From assembly GCA_030390025.1 (NCBI GenBank), contig CM059432.1, positions 97,280,001 through 97,344,000 on the forward strand: 64,000 nt of DNA. The letters are read 5' to 3'. Shown here one piece after another: positions 1 to 12,637 of this stretch. Position 1 is the stretch's first letter. Each line of letters opens with the position of its first letter. The notes beneath the pieces were generated by a model. It worked only from the letters and a program-made list of their open reading frames with translations. It was not told the DNA's origin and made no database searches. The stretch comes from Squalus acanthias (Eukaryota). A program made the position numbers and the translations under genes.

Positions 1-2125
1 GCAATGGCACACCCAGCCCAGTTGACCCTGCAAAGTCCTCCTCACCAACATCTGGGAACTTGGGCCAAAATTGGGAGAGCTGTCCCACAGACCAGTCAAG
101 CAACAGCCTGACATAGTCATACTCACAGAATCATAACTTTCAGCCAATGTCCCAAACTCCTCAATCACCATCCCTGGGTATGTCCTGTCCCACCGGCAGG
201 ACAGACCCACTAGGGGTGGTGGCACAGTGGTATACAGTCGGGAATGAGTGGCCCTGGGATTCCTCAACATTGACTCCAGACCCCATGAAGTCAAGCATGG
301 GCAAGGAAACCTCCTGCTGATTGCCACCTACCACCCTCCCTCAGCTGATGAATCAGTACTCCTCCATGCTGAACACCACTTCGAAGAAGCACTGAGAGAA
401 GAAAGGGCACCGAATGCACGCTGGATGGGGGACTTCAATGTCCATCACCAAGAGTGGCTCGGTAGCACCACTACTGACCAAGCTGGCTGAGTCCTGAAGG
501 ACATAACTGCCAGTCTGGGCCTGAGACAGGTGGTGAGAGAACCAAGGGAAAAACCTACTTGACCTCGTCCTCACCAATCTACCTGTCGCAGATGCATCTG
601 TCCATGACAGTATTGGTAGCAGTGACCACCGCACAGTCCTTGTGGAGACGAAGTCCCGTCTTCACACTGAGGATACCCTCCATCGTGTTGTGTGGCACTA
701 CCACTGTGCTAAATGGGATAGATTCAGAACAGATCAAGCAGCTCAAAACTAGGCATTCATGAGGCGCAGTGGGCCATCAGCAGCAGAAGAATTGTATTCC
801 ACCACAATCTGTAACCTCATGGTGTGAAGGAATAAGCCATATAATCTATTCAGAAAAATGCACCATTCTATGAAAGAATTCTGGCCTTATTAAAACATGA
901 CAAACTGGGTCTGGAAATCTAGAAACCTAACTGAAAAAGCTGTGATAGCATTCTGGCTATTGAGATAAGATAGTTGTTGACACTGAATCAATAACCTTAT
1001 TGAAACAGAAGGTTAAAGGCTCCTGACAGACTGACCTTTGGGAACAAGACAATAGTTCACCCTGGTTAAGGTGTTCTAATTTACACTTCGTAAAGAAGCA
1101 CAAACATCTGCCTTCGTAAAAATGACATCAAGTAAAAAACGCACCTGCTGTTACACCGTTTCTTATGGTAAACTTAGAACACCTAGAGATGAGACACAAT
1201 TCTGTAATGCTACCAGCTGAGGTGACTGTAAGAATTGCAGGGGTCAGCAGAAAAATGACTAGAGATAATTAGCTTACATCAGCAGAAAACCTTAAAGGAA
1301 ATACCACTGGAAAAGGGTATAAATATTGAACTCTCAAATGGGATAGTAGACTCACTGTAAAGGTGCAAAGCGATTCTCAGCTTCAGAGGCATCTCTGTAA
1401 GTCTACAACTCTTTGTACCTTGGGGATCAAAGGTACTGTATTTGATTTTGGTGGATATCCTGAATAAACTTTAAGAACTGTAAAACTGTAGCAAAGTTAA
1501 GATTTGAGAGTAACGATCTCTGATAATAAGATTGTAAAGCTTTCACTTTTTGGAACTGTTAATGTTGTGATTGACTCACCAACTGTAAATTACATTTCGG
1601 TTCGTTAATAAATCTATATATTTTTAGAATTGTCTCACATAATACTTCTGTATCAAACTCGCAAACTCAATCTCTATACACTCTTTGGTGAGGAGTTGCA
1701 GAATTCTGGGGGAGTTTTCCGGACCCTCATAATATCCGGAATGTTACAGTCTAGCTAAACTTATTAAAAGTGCTATCTGGAGGACGGTAACATTTTCAGG
1801 TTGTTCCTTTCTTTTAGGGAGAGATAGTCCGGACCTTTAGACCCAATTAAGCATCTTTAGGATTCAGCTACCTCAAACTTTAGTTGAAAGTGAACGTCTG
1901 AGGAATACGCTTGATCCGGGGTAGTCCTAAAGGGGCTAGGACTAGTAATTATCCCATCAATGGCCAGGCATATCCTTCACTGTACCATTACCATCAAGCA
2001 AGGGGACCAACCCTGGTTCAATAAGGAATGTAGAAGAGCATGCCAGGAGCAGCACCAGGCGTACCTAAAAATGAGGTGCCAACCTGGAGAAGCTGCAACA
2101 CAGGACTACATGCATGCTAATAAGT
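1..2125 (+). mobile_element. Degenerate CR1-group LINE fragment (APE endonuclease region), split by a solo LTR
   Basis: ORF fragments carry APE motifs (YHPPS, MGDFNVHH) and PWFNKECRRA. The sequence resumes at 1960 and matches the uninterrupted copy at ~42.3-42.7 kb (- strand). Confidence 0.85.
823..1959 (+). mobile_element. Solo LTR, 1137 bp
   Basis: Starts TGTGAAGG and ends CCCATCA. 4-bp TSD ATGG at 819-822 and 1960-1963. TATAAA near 1318 with AATAAA downstream. Homologous ends to 43459-45107. Confidence 0.8.
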
Positions 2126-3131
2126 GGAGAATTCCATGGAAGTTCTACCCGAGGATTTCTGACGGTCTGAATAACTGACTTGATTTTAAGGCCATACTGG
2201 CATTTTTGAGTGACTCTAACACCTGCTAGATATATTTGAGTCTTGTATTCAGATTGAATACCACTATTCCAAAGTGAAGACTATCCAATCAAATATTGCA
2301 ATCATTAGTAAATGGTTCAGGTAATGTACTTTTATAACAACTGTGGGTAAATGTTATTGTCCTGTTTTTTTTCTTCTGTTGGCAATTATCAGAGCTTAAT
2401 ATATCTTAAAATGTTATTCTTAATCTAACTTCCTTTTTTTTAAATGAAAGAATTGAAATTTGTTATTTGAATATGTCATCTCCACAGCTATTGAGGGCTG
2501 GTGACAAAGGTTCCTATTCAATTTATGGTGTAAGCCTAGAGCTCAAAGATAACTCGAAACTATTCTCCTTCACGCAATTGCTCAGCAAGGTTTACAGGCA
2601 TGAATATTTTTTTTACCTGTGCAAATTATTAATGAATCAAAACTAATCTCTATTTTTTCACAATGAATTACATGTCACGATGCTGATTTTGCCCTTGATA
2701 CAGTTCCATTAAAAAGTTGTGATGTATATACATATTGACATATACACCCCAAAAGTGGAAAGCAGCAGACAACATGATCTCTGGGATTTACTTTACTGCG
2801 AAAAATAACCAATAACAACAGCTATTTCCTCTCCCCACCCACACCATGGCCACGATTTCACCTACCTGGGCGGCTTCAAGGCGGGAGAGGTGGGCGGCGG
2901 GGGGGGGGAGACCCCGCTGGTGCATGGATCACGTTGTTAAATCGAATCTTGCCCTAATGGGCTTTGTTAGGCCCACCCTGCGCGTTTCCCGGCCCATTTA
3001 AAGAGTGCGGGTCAGGGGACGTCACCGGATGACGCCATTATTACCAGTTTATTTAAAGGGGCCATGGCCCCAGTTACTGTCAGTTGCAAATTGATAGTAT
3101 TCAGTGTTGTCAGTGTTTTAATCTCTGCAAT

Positions 3132-4730
3132 ATGAGCTTGCAGCGCGAACAAGCAGCACCTCGTTTCACAGATGAGTCCACCCATCATCTTGTGGAGGGA
3201 GTGAGAGCACGTAGGGAGGTTCTCTTCCCTGCGGACAGCAGGAAGAGGCCTCCCCAGCAGACAAAGGCAGCATGGCTGCAGATATCGCAGGAGGTTACGG
3301 GGATGTCAGTGGTGGTTTGCACCTGGGTGCAGTGCCGCAAGAGGTTCAATGAACTATTAAGATCAGGAAAGTGAGTATTAAGTCATAATTACCTTGATGC
3401 TGCTGTGCGTCTCATCACATTCGCACCATTCTACATTGCCCCCCCTACTCCTGCACAACATTACACAGCCCAACATCTTTCTACCTTCATCCATCCTTCT
3501 AACTCTATCTAAATTATCAGGTCGCCATCTTACTATGCAGTCCTCAAACTGAGCCTCATCATTATGCAATGACAGCAAATAACATCACAAAAGGAGGCAA
3601 CTTGGTATTGCCAACCCACTCCATCAAATTGTCAGTGTCAAGCTCTATGCCATTCCACTCATACCATCACTCTCACTGAAAATTCTCTTCTTTCCCTCCT
3701 TGCAGGAAAAGATAGCCCACAATAAGAGGGAGAGGGAGAGAACAGGAGGAGGGCCTCCACAAACCATGTCATATCTGACAAGTGCAGAGGAGGCAGCACT
3801 GGAGATTGCTGGAGTGGTGGACATTCCGGAGGTGGGGGACGGAGAGAGGGGCTCATTAGAAGAAGCTGGTGACAGAATGAATTTCCATACAATTGCATGC
3901 CTTTCATCATTGCCTCATATGGGGTGTGATGTCTAGAAAAGATGAATGCTCATCATGTGGATAATGGTATGTGTCTGCAGTACACATCCTGTATAACTAA
4001 CTGATGTCTTCACTCTCCCACAGGTCCATCAAGAGCCCCTCGCCCCCCCCCCCCCCAATGTCCAGCAGCAACAGCAAGAAGACTCCTCAGAGGAGCCTCC
4101 TGCCTCTGAGGGCACAGCGTCACCTCAGACAACGCAACCCAGCACCAGCACAGTGTCGCACACCTCGGTGGGTATGTCACGAGATAGAGTAGTGTTGTCA
4201 CCTGGTGTCTCACAGATCACAACTGAGCAGCAGCAGATGGTGGAGACATTGACAGAAGTGGAGACTCTTCGTTGGAGTGTGCAGGAGTCTCCTAGCTCTG
4301 CTCAGCAACATGCAGACGCCGAGCCTCAGGGGCCATCCAGGAAGAGGGCGATCCTGGAGCTGTAGGAACAAGTGCAGGAGGCCCTGACTAGTTTTGCGAC
4401 TGCAGTGACTACAAGTGTGCAGAGAATGGAGGAGTCCATCTCCAGCATGAGCAATACCGTGGTGCACTCACTGGCAACTATAGCTTCTTCGATGGATAGG
4501 ATGGCCATCTGCATGGAGGAGACACCGCGCCAGTTGCATGAGAACATGGTTTCTGTTCAAAATAGATGCTTATATATGCAGGAGACATACTCATCGATGG
4601 AGGAGAGATGGGCATCTATGGAGGAGAGAAACCAGAGGCTCATAGACGTCCTTTGTAGGAGGGATGTCAGTATAGAGGTGGGCCCTCATGGACCCCTTAA
4701 GTGCAGCAAGGTGCTCTCCACCTACTTATT
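3132..4730 (+). pseudogene. Harbinger Myb/SANT-like DNA-binding gene, 3 exons (~3132-3370, 3706-3868, 4024-4730)
   Basis: Exon 1 encodes APRFTD..W..I...TWVQCRKRFNEL. Introns are GT..AG with pyrimidine tracts. Exon 2 starts EKIAHN. Premature TAG at 4363-4365; 3' end deleted. Confidence 0.8.
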
Positions 4731-5974
4731 GAAATCTGCCATTGATAAGGGTATCCCTGGCTGGCGTGACGGGCAGCAATATGATCGCGTACTGGTCGCA
4801 ATGGGACCACCGGCTCAGCCAGGTGTTCTTCATCCTGTTCACCAACGTTATGGTGCTGCTCCTCGTCCTCCGATGAGGCTGTGCGCTCAGCGCCATCTTC
4901 CTCATCCAGTACTAATCCTCGCTGCTGCACTATTTTGTGCAGGGCGCAGCAGACGACGACTATTCGGGAGACCCTAGCTGGTGCGTACTGAAGGGCTCCT
5001 CCAGATCTGTCGAGGTATCTGATGCGTATTTTCAGCAAGCCTTTTGTCTGCTCGATGACACTTCCCGTGGAGATGTGGCTTTGATTATAACGTCCCTCAG
5101 GCTCGTTGGTTGGCCTCCGCAAAGGTGTCATGAGCCACGTCTTCAGGGGACAGCCCTTGTCTCCAAGCAGCCAGCCGCCAAGACTGTTTGGCGGTGCGAA
5201 GAGCTGAGGGATGGTGGAATGGCGCAGGATGTACGAGTCATGGCAGCTGCCAGGGAACTTGGCGCACACATGGATGATAATCTTCCTATGGTTGCAGACC
5301 AGCTGAATGTTGAGGGAGTGGAAGCCCTTGCGGTTAACAAATGCTTCTGGGTTGTGATGGGGTGCCCTGATGACCACATGTGTGCAGTCGATGACTCCCT
5401 GCACCCATGGGAAGCCAGCTAGAGCAGAAAAGCCAAGCGCACGCTTATTGACACTAGCTTCATCAGTGGCAAAATGTATATAATATGCCGACTTGTTAAA
5501 GAGGGCATCGGTCACTTGTGCGATGCATCTGTATGTGGCCGACTGCGAGATGCCGCAAAGATCTGCTGCAGATGCCTGGAAGGAGCCTGAAGCAAAGAGG
5601 TTGAGGGTAAGGGTGACTTTGACAGCCACTGGTAAGGGGTGTCCACCCGCTCCTCTGGGCTGCAGGTCTTGCTCCAGCAAAGCACAAATGTCAGCGATGA
5701 CCTGGCGCGATAGCCTGAGCCTCCTTTGACACTGCTGCTCCATCATGTTGAGGAATCTCATCCTCTGCCTGTATACCCTGTTTTGGACGTATGACCTCCA
5801 GCGCGGTGCAGCCCTGCGCTGTTGCCCTATGCCCTGTGCTGCATCAGGTGGTTGAGGAGCAGGTTGGCGCTCTTGTTGTTGCTGCTGCTGGTATGGCTGG
5901 TTCTGCTGCTGCTGCGGGTGATTATCATCAGATTCTGAGGACCAAGGTGAGAGAGCATAAATCGTGCCGATCAT
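4697..5974 (-). CDS. Harbinger transposase (HARBI1-like DDE nuclease), open for 425 aa with a frameshifted C-terminal tail
   Basis: Motifs [48 protein letters not shown], plus acidic tail. Confidence 0.9.
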   Translation of the reverse strand: MIGTIYALSPWSSESDDNHPQQQQNQPYQQQQQQERQPAPQPPDAAQGIGQQRRAAPRWRSYVQNRVYRQRMRFLNMMEQQCQRRLRLSRQVIADICALLEQDLQPRGAGGHPLPVAVKVTLTLNLFASGSFQASAADLCGISQSATYRCIAQVTDALFNKSAYYIHFATDEASVNKRALGFSALAGFPWVQGVIDCTHVVIRAPHHNPEAFVNRKGFHSLNIQLVCNHRKIIIHVCAKFPGSCHDSYILRHSTIPQLFAPPNSLGGWLLGDKGCPLKTWLMTPLRRPTNEPEGRYNQSHISTGSVIEQTKGLLKIRIRYLDRSGGALQYAPARVSRIVVVCCALHKIVQQRGLVLDEEDGAERTASSEDEEQHHNVGEQDEEHLAEPVVPLRPVRDHIAARHASQGYPYQWQISISRWRAPCCT

Positions 5975-7099
5975 GATGTTTCAGATGCCAGGTGAAGTTG
6001 AGGTGACAGAAGCAATCTATCAAGGGTGAGATATGATGTTGTAAGGAGGTGACAGTGGATAGAGAGTTTACTGCAAGCACTTCCCAACTGCATAAAGCTG
6101 AAAAATCTCTTCCAAATACTGAAGGCTGAAGCTTCTGAGATTGGAAAGTGACCAGCTGTAAAATGGCATGTTTTAAACCACTTTTGCAGCTGTCACCTAA
6201 CGAAAGAAATGGAGAGTTGTTCAGAACCCGACATACTTACCTGGCGTGATCCCCGAGCGACGGGAAACTCGTGGAAAACTTGGCAAAATGCTTTGGAGCT
6301 GGGAAAATGGGGATTTAATTACTTTAAACACCCTCCTAACGAGCACAATTGAATGACCTGTCGCTTAGTGCCGTGTCTGCAAAGCGCAGGCAGAACCGGC
6401 ACTAGGGAAACTCACAAGGAGGCGGGTTCAGAGCGGGATACTGGCCTGCTGTCAATTTTTTTGATTTTGACAGCTGACCCGCCTCCGAACCCGCCCTCTG
6501 AGTGCTGGAAACATTCAGCACCATGCCTTTCCCTCTTTATATCTCTAATCTTCCCACATATAAGAACAAGAAAAGTCAACAATCAGAAAAGAGCATTAGG
6601 CCCATAAAGGTAATCTTTATAGAACCCTAACGCTCTAGACACACTATGCAAATGTACCTCGAACCCCAGTTGTTTTGCCTGTATTACCCTTCTAGCAGAC
6701 TAGTCAAAACACTTATCACTCTTTGAATGAAGAGTGCATCTATTTTTTTATTAAATGCCTCTGACAACCACCATGTTACCCCATGTTTCTATTTCTCTCG
6801 AATTCCCCTTATGCCTCTCGTTCTTTCTCCCTCCACAACTGGTGCCATGTGTGCTTGAGTATTTTTTATACATTCTATGGGTGTCGCTAGCAAGGCCAGC
6901 ATTTACAGGCCTGCCTAAATATTGCATCAGACAAACCTTTGGCATGAAAGAAGCAGCCAATTTTCAACTGCGGGCCTCCTGTGTTTCAGGCACAAAATAG
7001 GCAGCCATATGTTGAATTTCTTCCCCATGGAATCTTGGTGAAATGCTCCTCAGCAAGCTCAGCTTCCTTTCTTTCACCTCAATAACTCGACAATACCAC

Positions 7100-7560
7100 T
7101 TGCCTTTGTCATTACCTCTTCCCTCCACTGACAAAGCCATAAACCACACTTTTACCACCTCATGGTTGGACTTTCCAAACCCTCTCCTTGTCAGCCTCCT
7201 CACTTCTCCCATTTATAAACTACAAGTCATCCATAATGCTGCAGTCTGTGCCATTACCTGCACAAAGGCCCATTTACCCATCATTTCTGTCCTCGCCAAA
7301 CTCCATTCACTTCCTTTGTTCCAGGGAATCGACTTTAATATTTTCACTCTCCTCCCTCTCAACCTCAGTGAAATTCCTCCAGCCCTATGTCCCTCCCTGC
7401 AATTTATCATCCTCCAATACTGGCTTGCTTCTCATTTCCCACTCCCTCCAACCCAGCATGGGTGGCTGCTCTTTCAGCCAACTTACCCCTGCCCTCTGGA
7501 ACTCCTTCCCTCAGCATCTCTGCCATGCCACCTACGCTCCTGCTTTCAATAATTTCAATG
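7100..7560 (+). mobile_element. Old L2 LINE 3' fragment
   Basis: Degenerate L2 C-terminal motifs (VIHNAA..., ISVLAKLHSLP, FSQLTPALWNSFP). Confidence 0.65.
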
Positions 7561-7569
7561 CCCCTACCC

Positions 7570-7588
7570 ATCAGCCAGTGGCTCAGTT

Positions 7589-7619
<31 letters not shown>

Positions 7620-8025
7620 GTGGGTTCAAGTCTCACTCCAGAGACTTGAGCACAAAAATATGAGCTGACACTCCAGTGCAGTACTGAGGGAGTGCTGCAC
7701 TGTTGGAGGTGTCGTCTTTCGGATGAGACGTTCAACCGAGGGCCCCGTCTGCTCTCTCAGGTGGATGTAAAAGAACCCATGGCACTATTTCAAAGAAGAG
7801 CAGGGGAGTTATACCCGGTGTCCTGGCCAATATTTATCCCTCAATCAACATAATAAAAACAGATTATCTGGTCATTGCTGTTTGTGGGAGCTTGCTGAGT
7901 GTAAATTGGCTGCCGCGTTTCCTGCATTACAACAGTGACTACACTTCAAAATTACTTCATTGGCTGTAAAGCACTTTGAGATGTCCGGTGGTCGTGAAAG
8001 GCGCTATAGAAATGTAAAACTTTCT
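7570..8025 (+). mobile_element. tRNA-derived DeuSINE (SacSINE1-like)
   Basis: A box TGGCTCAGTTGG and B box GGTTCAAGTC, Deu-like core (GAAGAGCAGGGGAGTT...CCTGGCCAATATTTATCCCTCAA), L2-like tail GGCGCTATAGAAATG. Several copies in the window. Confidence 0.8.
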
Positions 8026-9048
8026 TTCTTTCCCCCTGCCTTGGTGTCCATTTGCTATTTAGTCAGCATGTATAGTGCTCTGAAATGTCTTTTTGCATGT
8101 AATGAACACTAAACAAATGTAAATTGTTGCAAAATCTATTCGATATTAACTAAAATCAGAAATAAAAAGCGAAAATGCTCTAAATGCACATCATTCAGCT
8201 TCTGAAAAAAACATAGCTTTTTTATCCTGATGAAGGGTCCATTCTTTCTCTTTCAGATGCTGATTGACCTGGTACAGACTTGCATTATTTTCTATTTTTA
8301 CTTGATATATATCTATCACTCGCAATTTTTTTTTTACCAGTCAGAGGTGGAAGGTTTCCTCTCGGTCCCTAGAATTTCAGTACTCTCATTCTGCATCTCA
8401 CTTTGAAGCTCAACAAGAAAAATGGGAAATGTTCAAGCCATAAATGAATTAGTTCACCGCATTGTTGACTCAGTGTGAGATCAGCCTGTTCTGCAGTTCC
8501 CTTCTAATAAGCATATAGCAGCACCACAGTGTATCGTCATCAACATCAACTATTTTTCATGTAACTACACAAGATGCATTTTGAAATACATTAAGGGCTG
8601 AATTGCTCACAGCAGAGTTAAGCGGCACTTGTTTTTTAATGTGATATACATATTTAAGGAGTACTGGAGCCGTTGCCCAACCAGTCAAACAGCTTGGATC
8701 TGAATCTTCCAATTATTAATTCTGTCTGTATTAGACTTTCTGACATAAAAAAAACATGAATGTACTCATGGTTATTTAAAGAGAATTGAAAACCATTAAT
8801 CTCATATCTCATTCCCTGATATTTAGTCCTCTCACAATGCTGCCATTTTCTCCCACAAGGCCACTGTTGCTTTTGGGAAGCGGCTGCCATGTTTTGCCAT
8901 TATGCCACCATTGCCAATTTTAAGCCAACCACTATTATTGCGACAGATAAATACAAAAGACATCTCTGAACTCATCAACACTTATATAGACATAAGTGTT
9001 TTTTACAAATATCTGCGCATCCTGCAACAAGTATCCAATAAAATGTTT

Positions 9049-9799
9049 GGGGGAAAAATTCAGTATCGACCATTTTGGAGCGCCAACATCACCTGGGCAC
9101 TAACTTTAGCACCTGGCACTAATTAGCGCCAGCGAACGGAATTTTTTTTAGTTTTAGCGCCTCAAGAGGGAAATGGAGTGTTAAACCAAGTTCTTCACTT
9201 CCTTCTTAGGGCGCTAACGTCGGAGAGCGGGGCGGAGAGTTCAGCAGTACTGCACACTGGGCTGTGCAATGCTGCTGCGTTCAAAGACTCCTTCCCTCCC
9301 TTAAAGGGAAGGGCCTTCACTGCAGGCTCTGCAATTTAAAAAGTACCTACCTGGACCACCAAGGCAGCCGCGATCCCGCGTGATCAGCCCGGCACTCAAG
9401 CAGAGTGCCGGGCTGATCGATCGCAGGCAGGAACCCGCGAAAAAAGCAGAATCAAGAAAGGTACGTTTTTTTTCTACTTACCTTGAACACCTCGCCTTTA
9501 ATCATCACCCCCGAAGCGGTTGGCCGCCCGATGCACGCCTCCTGCAGCTGTCGGTGTTTCGACCGGTGCTGCTGCAGGGGGCGGAAGTCAATTTCGGGTC
9601 CAGGGCGCTACTGGGGCGATGCGCACGGCGATGACATCATGATCTCCAGGCAAAGGAGATCGGGGTGCAACGCCGTAGCGCCACCGCAAAACACCCGCCG
9701 AATATGGCGGGAGTCGATGTCAGCGCCACGCCCGGTTGCAAAGCCATTTGCACCCCGGGGGCGCTAACGGGAGGCGCAAAGGCACCCAATTTCATCCCC
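9049..9799. mobile_element. Harbinger-type MITE
   Basis: Ends GGGGGAAAAATT ... AATTTCATCCCC, flanks TTT/ATT, CpG-rich. Shares subterminal sequence (GCGCTAACGGGAGGCGCAA) with 25225-26117 in the opposite orientation. Confidence 0.75.
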
Positions 9800-12637
9800 A
9801 TTTGTGTTTATGAGTAAATGATGTCAGTTTGAAATTCAACAGAATGTGGGAATCAATGGAAATCAGTTTTGGATGCAATTCACTTGAATCAAATCTAACC
9901 TAAATTCTATTCAAACCAGCATACAAACATAAAAAGATAGGAAATGAGAAAAGACCGTTTATCTCAGCAAGCTTGCCCCATCATTTAGACTCATGTTCAG
10001 GACTTATAACAAATTATTTTCCTCTCCCTCCTGCTCTGGCATCAAATAAATATATAAGTACTCGCAGTAAGTTTCCTTTTGAATGAGTCTGGATTCAGTG
10101 CACCGGCTGTACATCTGTCCCACATTTACACGTGTGGAGTTCTGATGAAGGATTTTATCTAAAATGTTAACCTAACGTTCCCTTTCAGGTGCTGACTGAT
10201 CTGCTGTGCATTTCCAGCCCTTTCTGCTTCTAATCTTGTTATACTGCTAGTATCCATAGACTCCAGGAGTGAAATTACTCTCAGCACTATTTACAAGAAA
10301 CACATTATTGAATTTGCATGAATGCATCAACAAATAGGTTAAAATGGAGCACGGGTTGGGTGGGTGGGGCGGAGGGTCGGGGGGGAGGGTTGTGGGGGTG
10401 ACCAAAGAGGTTGGTTGTAGCTCTTGTGACTGGCCTCCCTCAGATCAGAGGATTTGAAAAGGGCCAGCAGCAAGGCCAAGGATGCTTCAAAAGGTAAGTA
10501 AAACCTTTCTTCACAGTTCCCCAAGGATCCTTATTGTTGGAGTTTATCTGGCTGCTGTTTTTGGATATTAGCCAGAAGGCTCCACAGCCAGTGACTATTA
10601 CCGCTGCAGTAGTCCTCTCAGGCCTGCAGCAGTTGCTGAATTTCTATTGATTCTGGTTTAAAAAGCCAATTGCATTGTGTCACTCTACATTGATGCATAG
10701 GCTGTGAAGTTTCTGGGGATGAAATTGGCCTTCACCACTAGCACAAAACATGCTCATAGTATTCGGCAGCCCACTTTACACAGCGTATGATTTTCTTTTC
10801 CATTTTCTAAAATTGAGCATGGTGTAAAACAGGCTGCTGATTCATTATCAGCGTGCCAGAGACCAATTTTACTTCTCTCATTATTGTTTGCAAGAGAGAC
10901 CAATGCAGATTTCAAATATATACGAACTTTGTGTTTGGCTCAGTTACAGATATGACAAACAGTTAGTTTTAAATGTGGCTGGAAATTATGAAAGTCTAAC
11001 AAGTCTGGCAACTGCTCAAGTGGTATAAAGAGAGTAAACAAGGAAAGTAAATTGAGGAGGTCTCAGTCGAGGAGACAGAAATCTTCTCAGGAAGACAAGT
11101 TTGTTGTCCTAACTTCTGCAGTCATTAAAGAATACTAGAAGGAAAAGAACTGTATGGAGGGAATCTTCAAATTCTGCCCAAAAATGGCAAAAAGTCACCA
11201 GAGGGGTGGTGCCACTTGCCCAAAGCCAGCGTTGGGAATCCCAAACCCTTCTCAGGTTCGGGCCTCATTTGAATGTAGCTGGCGAATTGCAGGCACCAAA
11301 TGGGTGCTCCGCTGCAGCTTGTCAATTGTGGGAGATCAGGAATCGATCGGCTCCTACACTGAACCAACTGACAGGTCAGGGTAGGGGTGGCATAGAGGCA
11401 GTGCAGGTTAACCTGGAAGGGATCGAGCACGAGCTAGTAGTGGGGCTGCAGTATTTTTGTGGAGCCCAGGAACAACAATCCTACTCTACCTGGCCCAACA
11501 AAAAGAAAAGAAAAAATGTTTGGGAAAGCAACCATTAGTCCTTCTAAGAACTGCTGGTAAGGCTCTTCACCTCATGCTCCCTCGACCCATTTCCCACCAA
11601 ATTGCTGAGCACCCAACTTCCCTTCCTGACCCCAATATTAGCTGATATTGTTAACAGTTCCCTCTCCTCAGGTACTATCCCCCTCCCCTTCAAAACTGTT
11701 GTCATTGTCCCCATCCTCAAAAAATCAATCCTTGACCTCACTGTCCTTGCAAACTACCACCCGATCTCTAACCTCCCTTTCCTCTCCAAAGGCCTGGAAC
11801 AAGTTGTTGCCTCCCAAATCCATTGCCATCTTTCCCGCAACTCCATGTTTGAACCTTTCCAATCAGGTCTCCGCCCCTGTCACATGGCACTTATCAAAAT
11901 GACAAATGGCATCCTATGTGACTGTGACCATGGTAAACTCTCCCTCCTCATCCTTCTTGACCTGTCTGCAGTCTTTGACATGGATGACCACACCATCCTC
12001 CAATGCCTCTCCTCCGTTGCTCAGCTGGGTGGGACTGCCATCGCCTGGTTCCATTTCTATCTATCTCTCGACTCCTCCATTGCTTCTGATTTGTCATATT
12101 GCTTGTCCGACATCCAGTATTGGATGAGAAGAAATGTCCTCCAATTAAATATTGGAAACTCTGAAGCCATTGTCTTCAGTCCCCGCCAGAAACTCCATTC
12201 CATAGCCACTGACTCCATTCCTCTCCCTGGCCACTACCTGAGGCTCAACCAGACTGTTTGCAAGCTAGGCATCCTATTTGACCCCGAGATGAACTTCTGA
12301 CCCCATATCTTCTCCATCACCAAGACTGCCTACTTCCACCTCTGTAACATTGCATGTCTCTGCTGCTGCCTCAGCCCCTCTGCTGCTGAAACCCCTCATC
12401 CATGTCTTTGTCATCTTTGACTCAAATATTTCAATGCTCTCCTGGCCAGCCTCACACCTTGCACCTTCGTAAACTGCAGGTCATCCAAAACTCTGCTGCC
12501 CATATCCTAACTCGCACCAAGTCCCATTCACCCATCACTGCTATGCTATGCTAACCGACATTGGCTTCTGGTCTGGCTATGCCTCGATTTTAAAATTCTC
12601 ATCCTTGTTTTCAAATCCCTCCATGGCATCACCCCTC

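Larger units (their letters stand above)
2848..6522. mobile_element. PIF/Harbinger DNA transposon copy 1 (Myb/SANT gene +, transposase -)
   Basis: Convergent Myb/SANT and HARBI1-like genes. Terminal region 6300-6520 is homologous to 22146-22330. Ends approximate. Confidence 0.85.

Noticed and set aside
4697..5974. Host HARBI1 gene
   Set aside because: It lies within a multicopy transposon with its partner gene and has sister copies in the window, so no gene symbol was assigned.
2845..6525. Exact TSD for Harbinger copy 1 (CATG at both ends)
   Set aside because: The TIRs are too degenerate to fix the boundaries, so the duplication length cannot be determined.
7570..7650. tRNA-like sequence with A and B boxes (also at 55800 and 60330)
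   Set aside because: These are SINE heads continuing into a shared body and tail, not tRNA genes.
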